Both the position numbers and the translations under genes were made by a program. The notes under the pieces were generated by a model. It searched no databases. It worked only from the letters and a program-made list of their open reading frames with translations, and had not been told where the DNA came from. Shown piece after piece: positions 38,601 to 47,615 of a DNA stretch of 64,000 nt. This stretch comes from Emcibacteraceae bacterium (GTDB lineage Bacteria > Pseudomonadota > Alphaproteobacteria > Sphingomonadales > Emcibacteraceae), in assembly GCA_021774795.1 (NCBI GenBank), contig JAJFIR010000040.1:10326-74325 (forward strand), in the 5' to 3' direction. The first letter of the stretch is position 1. Each line of letters begins with the position of its first letter.

Positions 38601-39095
38601 GTTACCGCGAATTGCAAAATCACCGTGGTCAACAACAGTACTGGCGCGCGAATACCCGTTTGATGAAAGATAATCTATCAACTTATCTGTATTGAGCAGC
38701 CTTCCGACAGCGGTTTCAAAGCTAGCCAATTTAAGGGTGTTTTTTGCTGGGATGCGTTGGGTTACGCTGTTGATGGTGCTTATTATGATTTGTTTTTTTT
38801 GTGGAGAAATTATTTTGAATAAGCTTGTCATGCGCCTGGCAAGTATATTCGGATTGGGCGAAACACGGTCATACGGTAAACAATCCCATGCCGGAAAAGT
38901 AATAACCTCTATCCCGGGCGCATAATATTGGACCAGTTCGGCCAGGTTTTCCATACGAATGTCATCGCGAGCGATATGAAGTAACGGCTTGCCGTCCGGC
39001 AATTCTTTTGTGATTTCGCTTAAAACAAGTGCGTCCATGCCTTCTGGCACATTACTTAATATAAGGGGGACTTCTTCTTTAGATAGCTGGTTCAC
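35610..39095 (-). CDS. mfd: Transcription-repair coupling factor
   Basis: 1161 aa with a UvrB-homology N-terminus, an RNAP-interaction domain, superfamily-2 helicase motifs (GDVGFGKTEVA, DEEQHFGV, TATPIPRT, QLRGRVGRS) and a TRG/C-terminal domain. Confidence 0.97.
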   Translation of the reverse strand: MNQLSKEEVPLILSNVPEGMDALVLSEITKELPDGKPLLHIARDDIRMENLAELVQYYAPGIEVITFPAWDCLPYDRVSPNPNILARRMTSLFKIISPQKKQIIISTINSVTQRIPAKNTLKLASFETAVGRLLNTDKLIDYLSSNGYSRASTVVDHGDFAIRGNIIDIFPPGSKKPIRIDLWGDEVDTIKLFDAASQRTEQKIDHTELVPMGEIFLDQVSISRFRKAYVTEFGTARGNDPLYEAVTDGRKHAGMEHWLPFFHEKLETIFDYLPDALVTMDNLTTEALETRLSAISDYYLARKSAYSNSPQKNSPIATYKPVPPELLFLTGAEWQEHAEKFKIHQFNPFDAPLGQDVRKYDGHAGRNFAPERNDKNINIYDALRTHIIAVQESGKKIIIASYSFGARDRLGIVLNDHGMARYKILDNWQSTKHLPKDTIGLIILPLEHGFETDKFVMISEQDILGDRLIRKVRRSRKAENFISEASSLTPGDLVIHMDHGIGRYVDLKTIAVGGAAHDCVLLTYHGGDKLYVPVENIEILSRYGNEESDGKLDKLGGAAWQGRKAKLKKRIREMADELIKVAAERALRKGEVMKPADGLYNEFCARFPYNETDDQHRAISDVIEDMSSGRPMDRLICGDVGFGKTEVALRSAFLAVMEGFQVAIVAPTTLLARQHYKTFVERFSGLNVKIGHLSRLVPLKQRNLTKEEVAKGNCEILIGTHAVLGKTVAFNNLGLLIIDEEQHFGVGHKEQLKKLKSNVHVLTLTATPIPRTLQLAMSGVQGLSLIATPPVDRLAVRTFVLPMDDLVIREALLREHYRGGQSFYVCPRISDLKEVCEFLNETVPEVKVVTAHGQMAPGQIEDIMNAFYDGAYDVLLSTTIVESGLDIPTANTMIIHRADNYGLAQLYQLRGRVGRSKVRAYAYLTLPPRRIPTQQAEKRLHVLQTLDTLGAGFSLASHDLDIRGAGNLLGDEQSGHIKEVGIELYQQMLEEAVAHAKSGPIDNDDTEIWSPQINVGATVMIPEHYVTDLNLRMSLYRRIGELIDKNDIDAFGAELIDRFGKLPEEAEHLLKIIEIKQFCRRAGIEKIETGPKGAIISFRNSKFANPAGLIEFLTKQDTVTKIRPDHKLVYARKWSRIESRLAGSLNLSRALAKIAEAEYSK

Positions 39096-39409
39096 TTTAG
39101 TATCTTAATATAATCTATAGATTTTAACATTCCCATGACGTCGTTTTTATATTTGTCTGGTGGTGGCCGATCATTGGTAATCCATGCGACGATGTCGGAA
39201 TCAGCTTCCCGCAGTATATTTTCATATTTATCCAATTGTTCTTCTGTCATATCGGCTAGAAATTTATCAGCAAATGAGCCAAGTAAAATATCGGCTTCTT
39301 TAATGCCGCGGTGCCAGCTTCGAAATTTTAGCCTTTTCCGCCTTACTTCCATGTTTTCAGTATTATCTACGCGGTCCTCAGTGAAACCCGGTGTATTAAA
39401 TTGCGCCAC
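39092..39409 (-). CDS. sdhE: FAD assembly factor SdhE (SDHAF2 / DUF339)
   Basis: 105 aa. RRKRLKFRSWHRGIKEADILLGSF...EEQLDKYENIL is the SdhE signature. It overlaps the mfd start. Confidence 0.88.
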   Translation of the reverse strand: MAQFNTPGFTEDRVDNTENMEVRRKRLKFRSWHRGIKEADILLGSFADKFLADMTEEQLDKYENILREADSDIVAWITNDRPPPDKYKNDVMGMLKSIDYIKILK

Positions 39410-39499
39410 TTAACTTCTCATTCGATTATTGGTAAGATATGCTATGTATATATTAAAATATGTGACAAATTAATACTAATAATACGATAATTATTACAG

Positions 39500-41599
39500 G
39501 TGAATATGCGGCCCGAAATACTATATCCTTTTTTTGCTGAAACGGTGAGTTTACCCGGCGTCGGTGCACGCATTGCCGCGAATCTAGAGAAGGTGGCAGG
39601 TTTGCGCATCATAGATTTACTATGGCATCTGCCTGTTGACATTATCGATCGCCGTTCTGGACCCGCGTTAAAAGATATTCTTTTTGATCAAATCGTTACA
39701 CTAGAAATTACCGTTGGAAAACATGACCCTGCACCAGGGAAAAGTAAAAAACCTTACAGAGTTTGGTGCCACGATGATACGGGCTCCATTCAACTGGTAT
39801 TCTTTCACCCAAGGCGTGATTATATATTGAGCCAATTACCGGAAGGGGAGACGCGACTTATAAGCGGAAAAGTTGAAGTATATAATGGTCAACTTCAAAT
39901 GAGCCATCCTGACTATATGGTGGCGATTGAAAAGAGAGCTGAAATACCGGAAATTGGACCTGTATATCCGCTAACGGCAGGTGTTAGCGGTAAAGTTATG
40001 GCAAGGATCATCAATGATGCGGTAAAAAAGGCAGTAATATTACCGGAATGGCTTGATCAAAGCTTATTAAAAAGGGAAAAGTGGCCAGACTGGAATAGTT
40101 CGTTGAACAACGTACATAACCCAAAAAGCGTAGATGATGTATTATCTGGATCAATATCGAGGGTAAGACTGGCGTATGATGAGCTTCTTGCAAATCAATT
40201 GGCACTTGAAATCATGCGTCGACAAACGAAAAAGAAACAAGGCCGTATAATGGTCCCTTCTGAAAAGCTAGTTAGTCAGGTACTTGCTAATCTTCCTTAT
40301 GAATTAACAGGTGCGCAAAAAAGGACCTTAGTTGAAATTAAACAGGATATGGCGGAGCCATCTGCAATGATGCGTTTGCTTCAGGGTGATGTAGGAAGTG
40401 GTAAAACCGTGGTGGCGTTGCTGGCGATGTTAATTGCTGCAGAAAATGGCTCACAAGCCGCCATTCTTGCACCGACAGAGATATTAGCAAGGCAACATTA
40501 CGTTAGTCTTAGCAAACTTGTTGGGAATTCAGATGTTAATGTAGGTGTATTAACCGGACGTGATAAAGGAAAATCACGTGAGAAAATACTGGACGACCTG
40601 GCATCAGGTAAGATTGATATTCTTGTTGGGACGCACGCTATTTTTCAAAAAGATGTTAATTATCACGATCTGTCCATGGCCGTGATCGATGAACAACATC
40701 GATTTGGCGTTGAACAGCGAATAAGCTTATCGGCAAAGGGAAAAAGTGGCGTTGGCATGGACATACTTGCTATGACCGCAACACCAATTCCGCGGACGCT
40801 CACTTTAACGGTTTATGGTGATATGGACGTTTCAAGACTTGATGAAAAACCGCCGGGAAGAACGCCAATTGATACAAGAGTGATGGCCTTAAACCGTATT
40901 GATGAAATTATATCTGCGACGCAACGGGCAGTAAGCAATGGAGCACGAGTATACTGGGTTTGTCCGTTGGTGGAGGAATCTGAAATATTGGATCTGGCAG
41001 CGGCAAAGGAACGGCACCGTCATCTTTCGCAAATATTTGGCGAAAGAGTAGGGTTGGTGCATGGCAAAATGAAACCAAAAGAAAAAGATGCGGTTATGAT
41101 GCGTTTTGTTGCCGGTGACATCGACATATTAGTGGCAACAACAGTTATTGAAGTGGGGGTGGATGTGCCCGAAGCCACCGTCATGATCATTGAACACGCT
41201 GAAAGGTTCGGTCTTTCGCAACTTCACCAATTGCGTGGTCGGGTCGGCCGGGGCGGTGATAAATCGACATGTTTGCTGCTTTACGGTGCGACACTTGGGG
41301 CGACGGCGAAGGCTAGGCTTAAAATTATGCGTGAAACGGAGGATGGGTTTATTATTTCGGAAGAAGATCTAAAATTACGTGGTGCAGGGGAGGTTCTGGG
41401 CACCCGTCAAAGCGGTCTGCCAAAATTCAGAATAGCAAGTATGGAAGATCATAATTATCTTATCCCGATGGCCCGTGATGATGCCCGACTTATTCTTGAG
41501 AAAGATCCTGATCTCGCGAGTGATCGTGGTAAAAACTTAAGAATTTTGCTCTATTTATTTGAACGGGACGAAGGTGTTAAATATTTAAAATCAGGATAA
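39500..41599 (+). CDS. recG: ATP-dependent DNA helicase RecG
   Basis: 699 aa with a wedge domain plus helicase motifs (GDVGSGKTVVA, DEQHRFGV, TATPIPRT, QLRGRVGRG). The start is GTG 39500 or ATG 39506. Confidence 0.96.
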   Translation: MNMRPEILYPFFAETVSLPGVGARIAANLEKVAGLRIIDLLWHLPVDIIDRRSGPALKDILFDQIVTLEITVGKHDPAPGKSKKPYRVWCHDDTGSIQLVFFHPRRDYILSQLPEGETRLISGKVEVYNGQLQMSHPDYMVAIEKRAEIPEIGPVYPLTAGVSGKVMARIINDAVKKAVILPEWLDQSLLKREKWPDWNSSLNNVHNPKSVDDVLSGSISRVRLAYDELLANQLALEIMRRQTKKKQGRIMVPSEKLVSQVLANLPYELTGAQKRTLVEIKQDMAEPSAMMRLLQGDVGSGKTVVALLAMLIAAENGSQAAILAPTEILARQHYVSLSKLVGNSDVNVGVLTGRDKGKSREKILDDLASGKIDILVGTHAIFQKDVNYHDLSMAVIDEQHRFGVEQRISLSAKGKSGVGMDILAMTATPIPRTLTLTVYGDMDVSRLDEKPPGRTPIDTRVMALNRIDEIISATQRAVSNGARVYWVCPLVEESEILDLAAAKERHRHLSQIFGERVGLVHGKMKPKEKDAVMMRFVAGDIDILVATTVIEVGVDVPEATVMIIEHAERFGLSQLHQLRGRVGRGGDKSTCLLLYGATLGATAKARLKIMRETEDGFIISEEDLKLRGAGEVLGTRQSGLPKFRIASMEDHNYLIPMARDDARLILEKDPDLASDRGKNLRILLYLFERDEGVKYLKSG

Positions 41600-41646
41600 G
41601 GTACACTTATGGTAAAATTCACGAATTTTTAATTTTGACCACCAGC

Positions 41647-42210
41647 CTATCCTGAGGAATTAAGTTTTTGTCCCCGCATAAAAACATCGTAACGTGTTGA
41701 TTTTCCAGCAATCTGGTACGACGGTGCAATGATGTTTTCAATTGGCTCAGCGCGTAGCGGCCATTTTAAAACTACTCTCGATTTAGCCACATTTAACGCA
41801 ATTTTCATTAGTTCATGAGCATCTGGATCAGTGCCAACTATTTCCCTTATTTGTCTCATTTCTTTCTTTACTTGGGCAGATTTGCTTCGAGGAGGGTGCA
41901 TTGGGTCCACCAAGATAACTTCTGGATTTAACGAAGGTAATAAATCTTTCGCATCTCCATAGATCAGAACCATACGACTAATGATTTCAGAATATACACC
42001 GCCTGCCTTATCCGCCTTATCTAAACCGTCTTTAAGGAATCCGTGCATTTTCTCGTTGCGTTCGATCAGTGTTACATGCGAACCTAATGATGCAAGTAAA
42101 AAAGCATCCCGACCAAGTCCTGCTGTTGCGTCGACAATGTCTGGGTTTTTTCCGTTCTTTAGACCAACAGCTTTCGCAAGTGCTTGCCCTCGTCCACCTC
42201 CGAAGCGCAA
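41647..42210 (-). CDS. rsmJ: 16S rRNA m2G1516 methyltransferase RsmJ-like SAM-dependent methyltransferase (short form, start uncertain)
   Basis: RFGGGRGQALAKAVGLK...VDATAGLGRDAFLLASLG...VILVDPMHP match the RsmJ core. Conserved residues (DLICDFVGGPVGHR) continue in frame upstream of the TTG at 42210 as far as the in-frame stop at 42286-42288, without an ATG, GTG or TTG. Confidence 0.8.
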   Translation of the reverse strand: MRFGGGRGQALAKAVGLKNGKNPDIVDATAGLGRDAFLLASLGSHVTLIERNEKMHGFLKDGLDKADKAGGVYSEIISRMVLIYGDAKDLLPSLNPEVILVDPMHPPRSKSAQVKKEMRQIREIVGTDPDAHELMKIALNVAKSRVVLKWPLRAEPIENIIAPSYQIAGKSTRYDVFMRGQKLNSSG

Positions 42211-42259
42211 TCGGTGACCAACCGGGCCACCAACGAAATCACATATTAAGTCTGTTTGC

Positions 42260-42934
42260 TCAATCGGACTTATTCCTGGTTTCTTTTATTGTGAAGTTTT
42301 CGGGGCTCACCAAACCTGCTGAAATAACGTATTTTGCACCTTGATCCGGTGTCATATCAAGATAAATTAAGTCCTTTTTAGGGACAAATAATAAAAACCC
42401 GGAAGTCGGATTAGGTGTTGTAGGAAGAAATAAATTTATCATTTCATCTTCCATTCTCTGCTGAATTTCGCTTGTATTTTCTCCTGACACAAAAGCAATC
42501 GCCCAAATCCCTTTGCGTGGGTATTGGACCAGCACTACATCACTGAAACTTTTACTATCTTGTGCAACCACAGTCTCAAAAATTTGCTTTAGCGTACCAT
42601 ACACACTGCGAATAACCGGCATACGGTCCACAATTCTTTCGCCGAAGCGGATTAGAGCACGGCCAAACAGATTTGCCGTTAATGCACCGAGTAAAATCAA
42701 AAATAAAACAACACTGATTAACCCTAAACCGGGAATGGAAAATGGAAGGTAAGTTTCAGGATTATATGTTTCTGGAATTAGAGGCTTAATATTTCGATCA
42801 ACAAAATCAATAAACCACCAGCCAATATAAAGCGTTATACCAATAGGAGAGGCAACGACCAAGCCGGTAAGAAAATAATTTCGAATTCGGTGGAAAAGGC
42901 TTATTTTTCGGGCTGTTTCAGGGCTATCTGTCAT
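42260..42934 (-). CDS. DUF502-family membrane protein
   Basis: 224 aa with two N-terminal TM helices and a conserved body (IPGLGLISVVLFLILLGAL...IRSVYGTLKQIFETV...PTTPNPTSGF). Confidence 0.8.
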   Translation of the reverse strand: MTDSPETARKISLFHRIRNYFLTGLVVASPIGITLYIGWWFIDFVDRNIKPLIPETYNPETYLPFSIPGLGLISVVLFLILLGALTANLFGRALIRFGERIVDRMPVIRSVYGTLKQIFETVVAQDSKSFSDVVLVQYPRKGIWAIAFVSGENTSEIQQRMEDEMINLFLPTTPNPTSGFLLFVPKKDLIYLDMTPDQGAKYVISAGLVSPENFTIKETRNKSD

Positions 42935-44086
42935 TTATAATTCTTTTTGATACAATCTATATGTTTTATATTTTACGCAGCCTATGGTTTCCAGAAGCTT
43001 CGAAAGTCTGGTATTTTCTTCCAGAACCCAAGATAATTCTGCTTCTTCGCACCCAATTTTTATCGCTGTTTTTCGACAGGCTTCAAACAGGCCGAAGGAC
43101 ATTATACCACTTAGTCGGCTGTTCTGATATTCTTTGCGCACTCCCATTAACGGCACACGAACCGTTTTGAAGCTAGGTTTGATTTTTAGTCGCCACAAAA
43201 GTTTTAAAAATCCGAAGGGAAACAATTTTCCGTTTAAGTCGGCGATAATTTCGTTAATATTCGGCAATGTAACCATCATGGCTTGCGGCACACCGTCTAC
43301 TTCCGCAATATAGGTAAAATCTTCACGAATAATCATTTTTAATTCTTTTACGGCGTGATCAAGTTCCGATTGGGTGAAGGGTATATATTTCCAGTTTTCG
43401 ATCCATGCGTCGTTAAAGATATCGAGGATAATTTTCAGTTCTTCCTCGTATTTATCCATATTAATAGGGCGAAAATGTACCTGCCCTTTTGCCACTGCAC
43501 GGTCCACCAGTTTTTGCATCACGGGTGGTAGAATTTCTTTGCTAATATCAAGTGTATATGCCCATGTATCCTTGACGCGGGATAACCCGTAATTAGAAAT
43601 CAGATTTTCGTAGTAAGGAAGGCTATGGCCCATTAATAGTCGCGGTGGCGTATCAAATCCATCAACCAGCATGCCGGTTTCCTCGTTGATAGAAAGGCTA
43701 AAAGGACCGATCACTTCAACCATGCCTTTTTCTTTGAGCCATTTAAGCGCAGTACCAAATAACGCGTTTGCGACATCCTGATTGTTTATGCAATCGAAAT
43801 AGCCATAATGACCGGTTTTTATCCCGTGATATTTTGGCACCAGTCCGTCGACTTGCGCACTAATCCTACCTGAAGGTTTGCCGTCCTTATAAGCGATCCA
43901 TAATTTTACTTCCGCATGCTCGAAATACGGGTTTTTATTTTCATCAAGGGCGTCCATACGTTCCATGATAAGAGGTGGCACCCAGTTTGGGTCGCCTTTA
44001 AATATATCCCACAAAAGTGTCACGAATGTTTTTCGGTCAGTTTTATTTTTTACTTCCTTAATTTCAATTTTTGATGAATTCACCAA
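42935..44086 (-). CDS. Large GNAT-superfamily acyltransferase (383 aa), substrate unknown
   Basis: It has a C-terminal GNAT motif-A-like region (VPLMGVRKEYQNSRLSGIMSFGLF...ELSWVLEEN) and a conserved N-terminus (DPNWVPPLIMERMDALDENKNPYFEHAE). It abuts DUF502 with no gap and lies 13 nt from lptG. Confidence 0.7.
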   Translation of the reverse strand: MVNSSKIEIKEVKNKTDRKTFVTLLWDIFKGDPNWVPPLIMERMDALDENKNPYFEHAEVKLWIAYKDGKPSGRISAQVDGLVPKYHGIKTGHYGYFDCINNQDVANALFGTALKWLKEKGMVEVIGPFSLSINEETGMLVDGFDTPPRLLMGHSLPYYENLISNYGLSRVKDTWAYTLDISKEILPPVMQKLVDRAVAKGQVHFRPINMDKYEEELKIILDIFNDAWIENWKYIPFTQSELDHAVKELKMIIREDFTYIAEVDGVPQAMMVTLPNINEIIADLNGKLFPFGFLKLLWRLKIKPSFKTVRVPLMGVRKEYQNSRLSGIMSFGLFEACRKTAIKIGCEEAELSWVLEENTRLSKLLETIGCVKYKTYRLYQKEL

Positions 44087-44099
44087 CTGTCCTTTATAT

Positions 44100-45230
44100 T
44101 TATTCTTCCGTTAACAAAATAAAACTAATCCCGGCAAGGCCGAATAATACAAATGGCAGCCAAGCGGCAATTAACGGGGGCACGGCGCCATATTGTCCAA
44201 GCGCAATGAACAGGTTGTTAACAACAAAGAACCCAAACCCCATCGATAATGTAAGCAAAATACGCGCAAGTAGATTACCGCCCCGATTCAACCCAAAAGC
44301 TGCAAGTCCCGCTAGTAAAGGCATCAAAAGTGTGCTGAGTGGTGAGACATATTTTTGATATAACATTGTGCTCAAATTATCCGTGGCGTGACCTTCTGAT
44401 TGAAGTTGATTAATAGCCCGTCTCAGTCGCGGTAAATTAACCTGATCAGCGACAATTGCGTATGAAATAAATCTCTCAGGCGGTATTGTCGTATCCCAAT
44501 CCAGATTTTCAAGAAGTGTTATATTCAAATTATCGAGATCGAATTTTTTAACTTCGAATAACTTCCATGCACCTTCTCGATATACGGCAAAATCGGCTTT
44601 AATGATGTTGGTAATATTTTTGTTTTCATCGCGGATATATTGCGTGACCTGATCAAGCAGCAGGATGCTACCATTACGGTTTGCGCTTTCTGCTTTTACC
44701 AAATTTTGTCCGTCCGTGACCCAAGTATCATAAACTGAATCGGGTGCGGGCGGAATATCGGCTGCAAACGCGTTCGCTTCCCAATTACGAAGCTCGCCCC
44801 TCGCGTGAACGGTAACTGTTTCAGAAAACACAAAGCTTATTGCACCTATCAATAATGAAACGGCCATTAACGGCATTAATATACGAAATGCAGACCAGCC
44901 GGATGCTTTTATAATAACTATTTCACTATGGACATTGAGCACTGACAGCGTCAGGATTGACGCCAGTAAGGCAACGAAAGGGGAAAATAGCGAAATTAAA
45001 TGGGGACTTCTTAATGTAACATATCGCCATAAATCTTCGTATTGAGCACCTTCACCGGCAAGTATTTCTTCCGACTTAGCGAGAATATCCAACATCTGTA
45101 GTGTAGAGATTAAACCCACGAGAATGACGATATAACGGACAGCAAAAAGTTTCGCGAGATACACGTCCATGCTTCCGGGATTTAACATCTTCCCGAAATG
45201 TCCGCCGTAGCTCATCACTCTTTCAACCAT
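44100..45230 (-). CDS. lptG: LPS export ABC permease LptG
   Basis: 376 aa with the YjgP/YjgQ permease topology (3 TM, a periplasmic beta-jellyroll, 3 TM). It is the second gene of the pair. Confidence 0.85.
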   Translation of the reverse strand: MVERVMSYGGHFGKMLNPGSMDVYLAKLFAVRYIVILVGLISTLQMLDILAKSEEILAGEGAQYEDLWRYVTLRSPHLISLFSPFVALLASILTLSVLNVHSEIVIIKASGWSAFRILMPLMAVSLLIGAISFVFSETVTVHARGELRNWEANAFAADIPPAPDSVYDTWVTDGQNLVKAESANRNGSILLLDQVTQYIRDENKNITNIIKADFAVYREGAWKLFEVKKFDLDNLNITLLENLDWDTTIPPERFISYAIVADQVNLPRLRRAINQLQSEGHATDNLSTMLYQKYVSPLSTLLMPLLAGLAAFGLNRGGNLLARILLTLSMGFGFFVVNNLFIALGQYGAVPPLIAAWLPFVLFGLAGISFILLTEE

Positions 45231-45231
45231 C

Positions 45232-46407
45232 TTAGCCTGCTGTCCTTAATCGTTTAAACATTTTCGAAATGGCTTCGATAATAATATCGAAAATAATTTC
45301 CAGATTACGCAGTGGCACACCGCCTACTTTATAGGCACCGATATAATAAAGGCGCGCGGTAATGAATATGAAAATTGCCGTAGGAAACCAAATGGAAAGC
45401 CACGGACTCAAACTTCCATCGGCAGCAAAATCAAGTCCAAACTCAAGCACTTTGTGATAAAGAAGTAATATAAACACGCCCACAGATATACCAAGTGCGC
45501 GACCGGATCTTTTTGCCACAAGCCCGAGAGGAACGGCGAGGAACGGGACAATAAGAATTGAAATAGCTCTGGCAATCCTCGAGTGTAATGTCGCTGTAAC
45601 GGCACTATCTCCGCTTGCGCGCCGTTCCCATAATTCCAGAAATGTCATTTCGCTGGCCTCGTCACCGCGACCTCTAAATTGTTCAAACATTGGCACTTCT
45701 AACGGAAGGTCATGCATATCAAAGTTTAATATTCGTGGCCTACTCTGGTCTGCGTCAAAGTCTATTAAAGTTCCTTCGAATAGCCTTAACACGATATATT
45801 TTTGGTCAGGTGATGCAAAAAAGTTCCCTCTTTTTGCGCTGACCGAGAAAATATGACCGTCCGGATCTTCTTTCTGAGCAAAGATATCAACGAGCTCCTG
45901 GCCGGATTCTCTTGTTTCTTCAATTCGAAGCGTTAACCCTTCACCAAGATTGGTAAATTCATTTGATTTAATGGCTGCTCCGAGAGCACCACTTCGGACA
46001 TCAAAAATAAGTTCTTCATAAGCATAGCGGCTATAAGGTTGAACGAACCCAACTACTATTACATTGATAATCAATAAAAATAAGGCAATTGAAATAGACG
46101 GAACCAACAAGCGATGGAGGCTAAGCCCGCAGGAAGTTAGGGCCTCCAGTTCACTACTAAGCGCAAGTTTACGAATTGATAGCAGGACGCCGAGAAACAT
46201 AGCGAGAGGTATCACCAACGTTAAGTATTGTGGCATTAAGTTCCCGAGCATTTGCCAGACGATATCAATTGGCCCTCCTTGATTGATAACGAAATCGAAG
46301 AGAGTAAGCATTTTTTCAAGCAGTAATAGTAGTGCTGATATTCCCAGAGTAGCGAATAAAGGGACAACCGTGTTACGTAATATATAAAAATCTACTTTTT
46401 TAAACAT
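45232..46407 (-). CDS. lptF: LPS export ABC permease LptF
   Basis: 391 aa with the YjgP/YjgQ permease topology. It is the first gene of the pair and starts MFKKVDFYILRNTVVPLF. Confidence 0.85.
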   Translation of the reverse strand: MFKKVDFYILRNTVVPLFATLGISALLLLLEKMLTLFDFVINQGGPIDIVWQMLGNLMPQYLTLVIPLAMFLGVLLSIRKLALSSELEALTSCGLSLHRLLVPSISIALFLLIINVIVVGFVQPYSRYAYEELIFDVRSGALGAAIKSNEFTNLGEGLTLRIEETRESGQELVDIFAQKEDPDGHIFSVSAKRGNFFASPDQKYIVLRLFEGTLIDFDADQSRPRILNFDMHDLPLEVPMFEQFRGRGDEASEMTFLELWERRASGDSAVTATLHSRIARAISILIVPFLAVPLGLVAKRSGRALGISVGVFILLLYHKVLEFGLDFAADGSLSPWLSIWFPTAIFIFITARLYYIGAYKVGGVPLRNLEIIFDIIIEAISKMFKRLRTAG

Positions 46408-46644
46408 AAATTTCTGTTCTATTTGATTATTGGCTTGTTTTATCTCTATAGCTCATTTAAGGCTAAAGTATATTACTAAATTTTATAACCGCTTTTCTGC
46501 ATTGTAAGAAATTATGGCAAATTAATAAATGTTTTTTGCTTATGTCATCACTTTATGTTCAATATACGGCAAATGCATTTAACTTCTAAGCAATTTAGTA
46601 TAAAATTGAAATTCTAAGAGATTAAGCACGAACTGGATAATAAA

Positions 46645-47610
46645 TTGGATATGATCGCTATTTTGAGTAGCCCTGATTCATTTCAAAATAAAAATGAAAT
46701 GGACAAAATCAGGCGTATTATCAAAGAAGAGGGTTCCGGTATAATTCATTACGAAGTGAAAAACTTCATGGATATCGGAGAGGCGTTATCTAGATTTAAA
46801 CAATGTGATGTTTCAGCCATTGTTATTGTCGGCGGACAAGCTTTGTCTTCAGCGACTTTCGAATATATGATAGATAAAAGACCGTTTGGTGCTGCAAAAA
46901 TTCCCATAGCAGTGTTATCCGGTGATGAAGAAAGATTTATTTCCCAAAATTTTGGCGCGGTGGCAGCTCATGCTCACCAAGATTTGCAAAATATTTTACG
47001 TAAACATAAATCAGGAGTGCTGCTCACACATCTGGTGAACACACCGTTGATCAAAGTAGAAGGCGTCATGCATGTTGGTAAACTCTATGGGCTTTATTTT
47101 TGTGCGGGTGAGATCATTTCCAGAAAGTCTTTATTCAAACGGGTCTTATACAGGTCCGGGTTCAAGCAAGTACTGCAAAACTATATGACAATTATTAAAT
47201 TGTTATATAAATCATATTTAGGTTCAAAAAAATCAGACGACATTGATGAAATGATCCGTATAAACCGAAATCAGCGTGGTGCCGTTATAGGCCGTTATTT
47301 TATGGTTTTATTAAGCAGCCTGGATTGGATGTTTTTGGGCACCAAATTTCCGGTTAAGAAAAAAGAAAAATCGCTCAATTTTATAAGTGTTGAAAACACC
47401 AAAGATGCAATCCTAAATACGGGTAAAAGATTATTAAAAGGTAGTTATGGTAATCAAATGCTGCCGGGACATGTAATCGCAGAAATCGAGCATGCACGTC
47501 TGGTTTTTAATAAAAAATTCGTTGTTGATGGCTGTTTCTATGAAACAGATTTGAGCGGCGAACTTCTTATCTCAACGGCAGACGACCTGACCTTTATTCG
47601 TCTTGATTAG
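46645..47610 (+). CDS. Diacylglycerol/lipid-kinase-fold (DAGK_cat-like) protein with a substituted GGDG motif
   Basis: 321 aa. The N-terminal layout matches DAGK_cat/YegS/LCB5 (IAILSSPDS...IRRIIKEEG...EVKNFMDIGEAL...CDVSAIVIVGGQALSS), but the GGDGT position reads GGQAL. The start is TTG 46645 or ATG 46651. Confidence 0.55.
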   Translation: MDMIAILSSPDSFQNKNEMDKIRRIIKEEGSGIIHYEVKNFMDIGEALSRFKQCDVSAIVIVGGQALSSATFEYMIDKRPFGAAKIPIAVLSGDEERFISQNFGAVAAHAHQDLQNILRKHKSGVLLTHLVNTPLIKVEGVMHVGKLYGLYFCAGEIISRKSLFKRVLYRSGFKQVLQNYMTIIKLLYKSYLGSKKSDDIDEMIRINRNQRGAVIGRYFMVLLSSLDWMFLGTKFPVKKKEKSLNFISVENTKDAILNTGKRLLKGSYGNQMLPGHVIAEIEHARLVFNKKFVVDGCFYETDLSGELLISTADDLTFIRLD

Positions 47611-47615
47611 CTATA

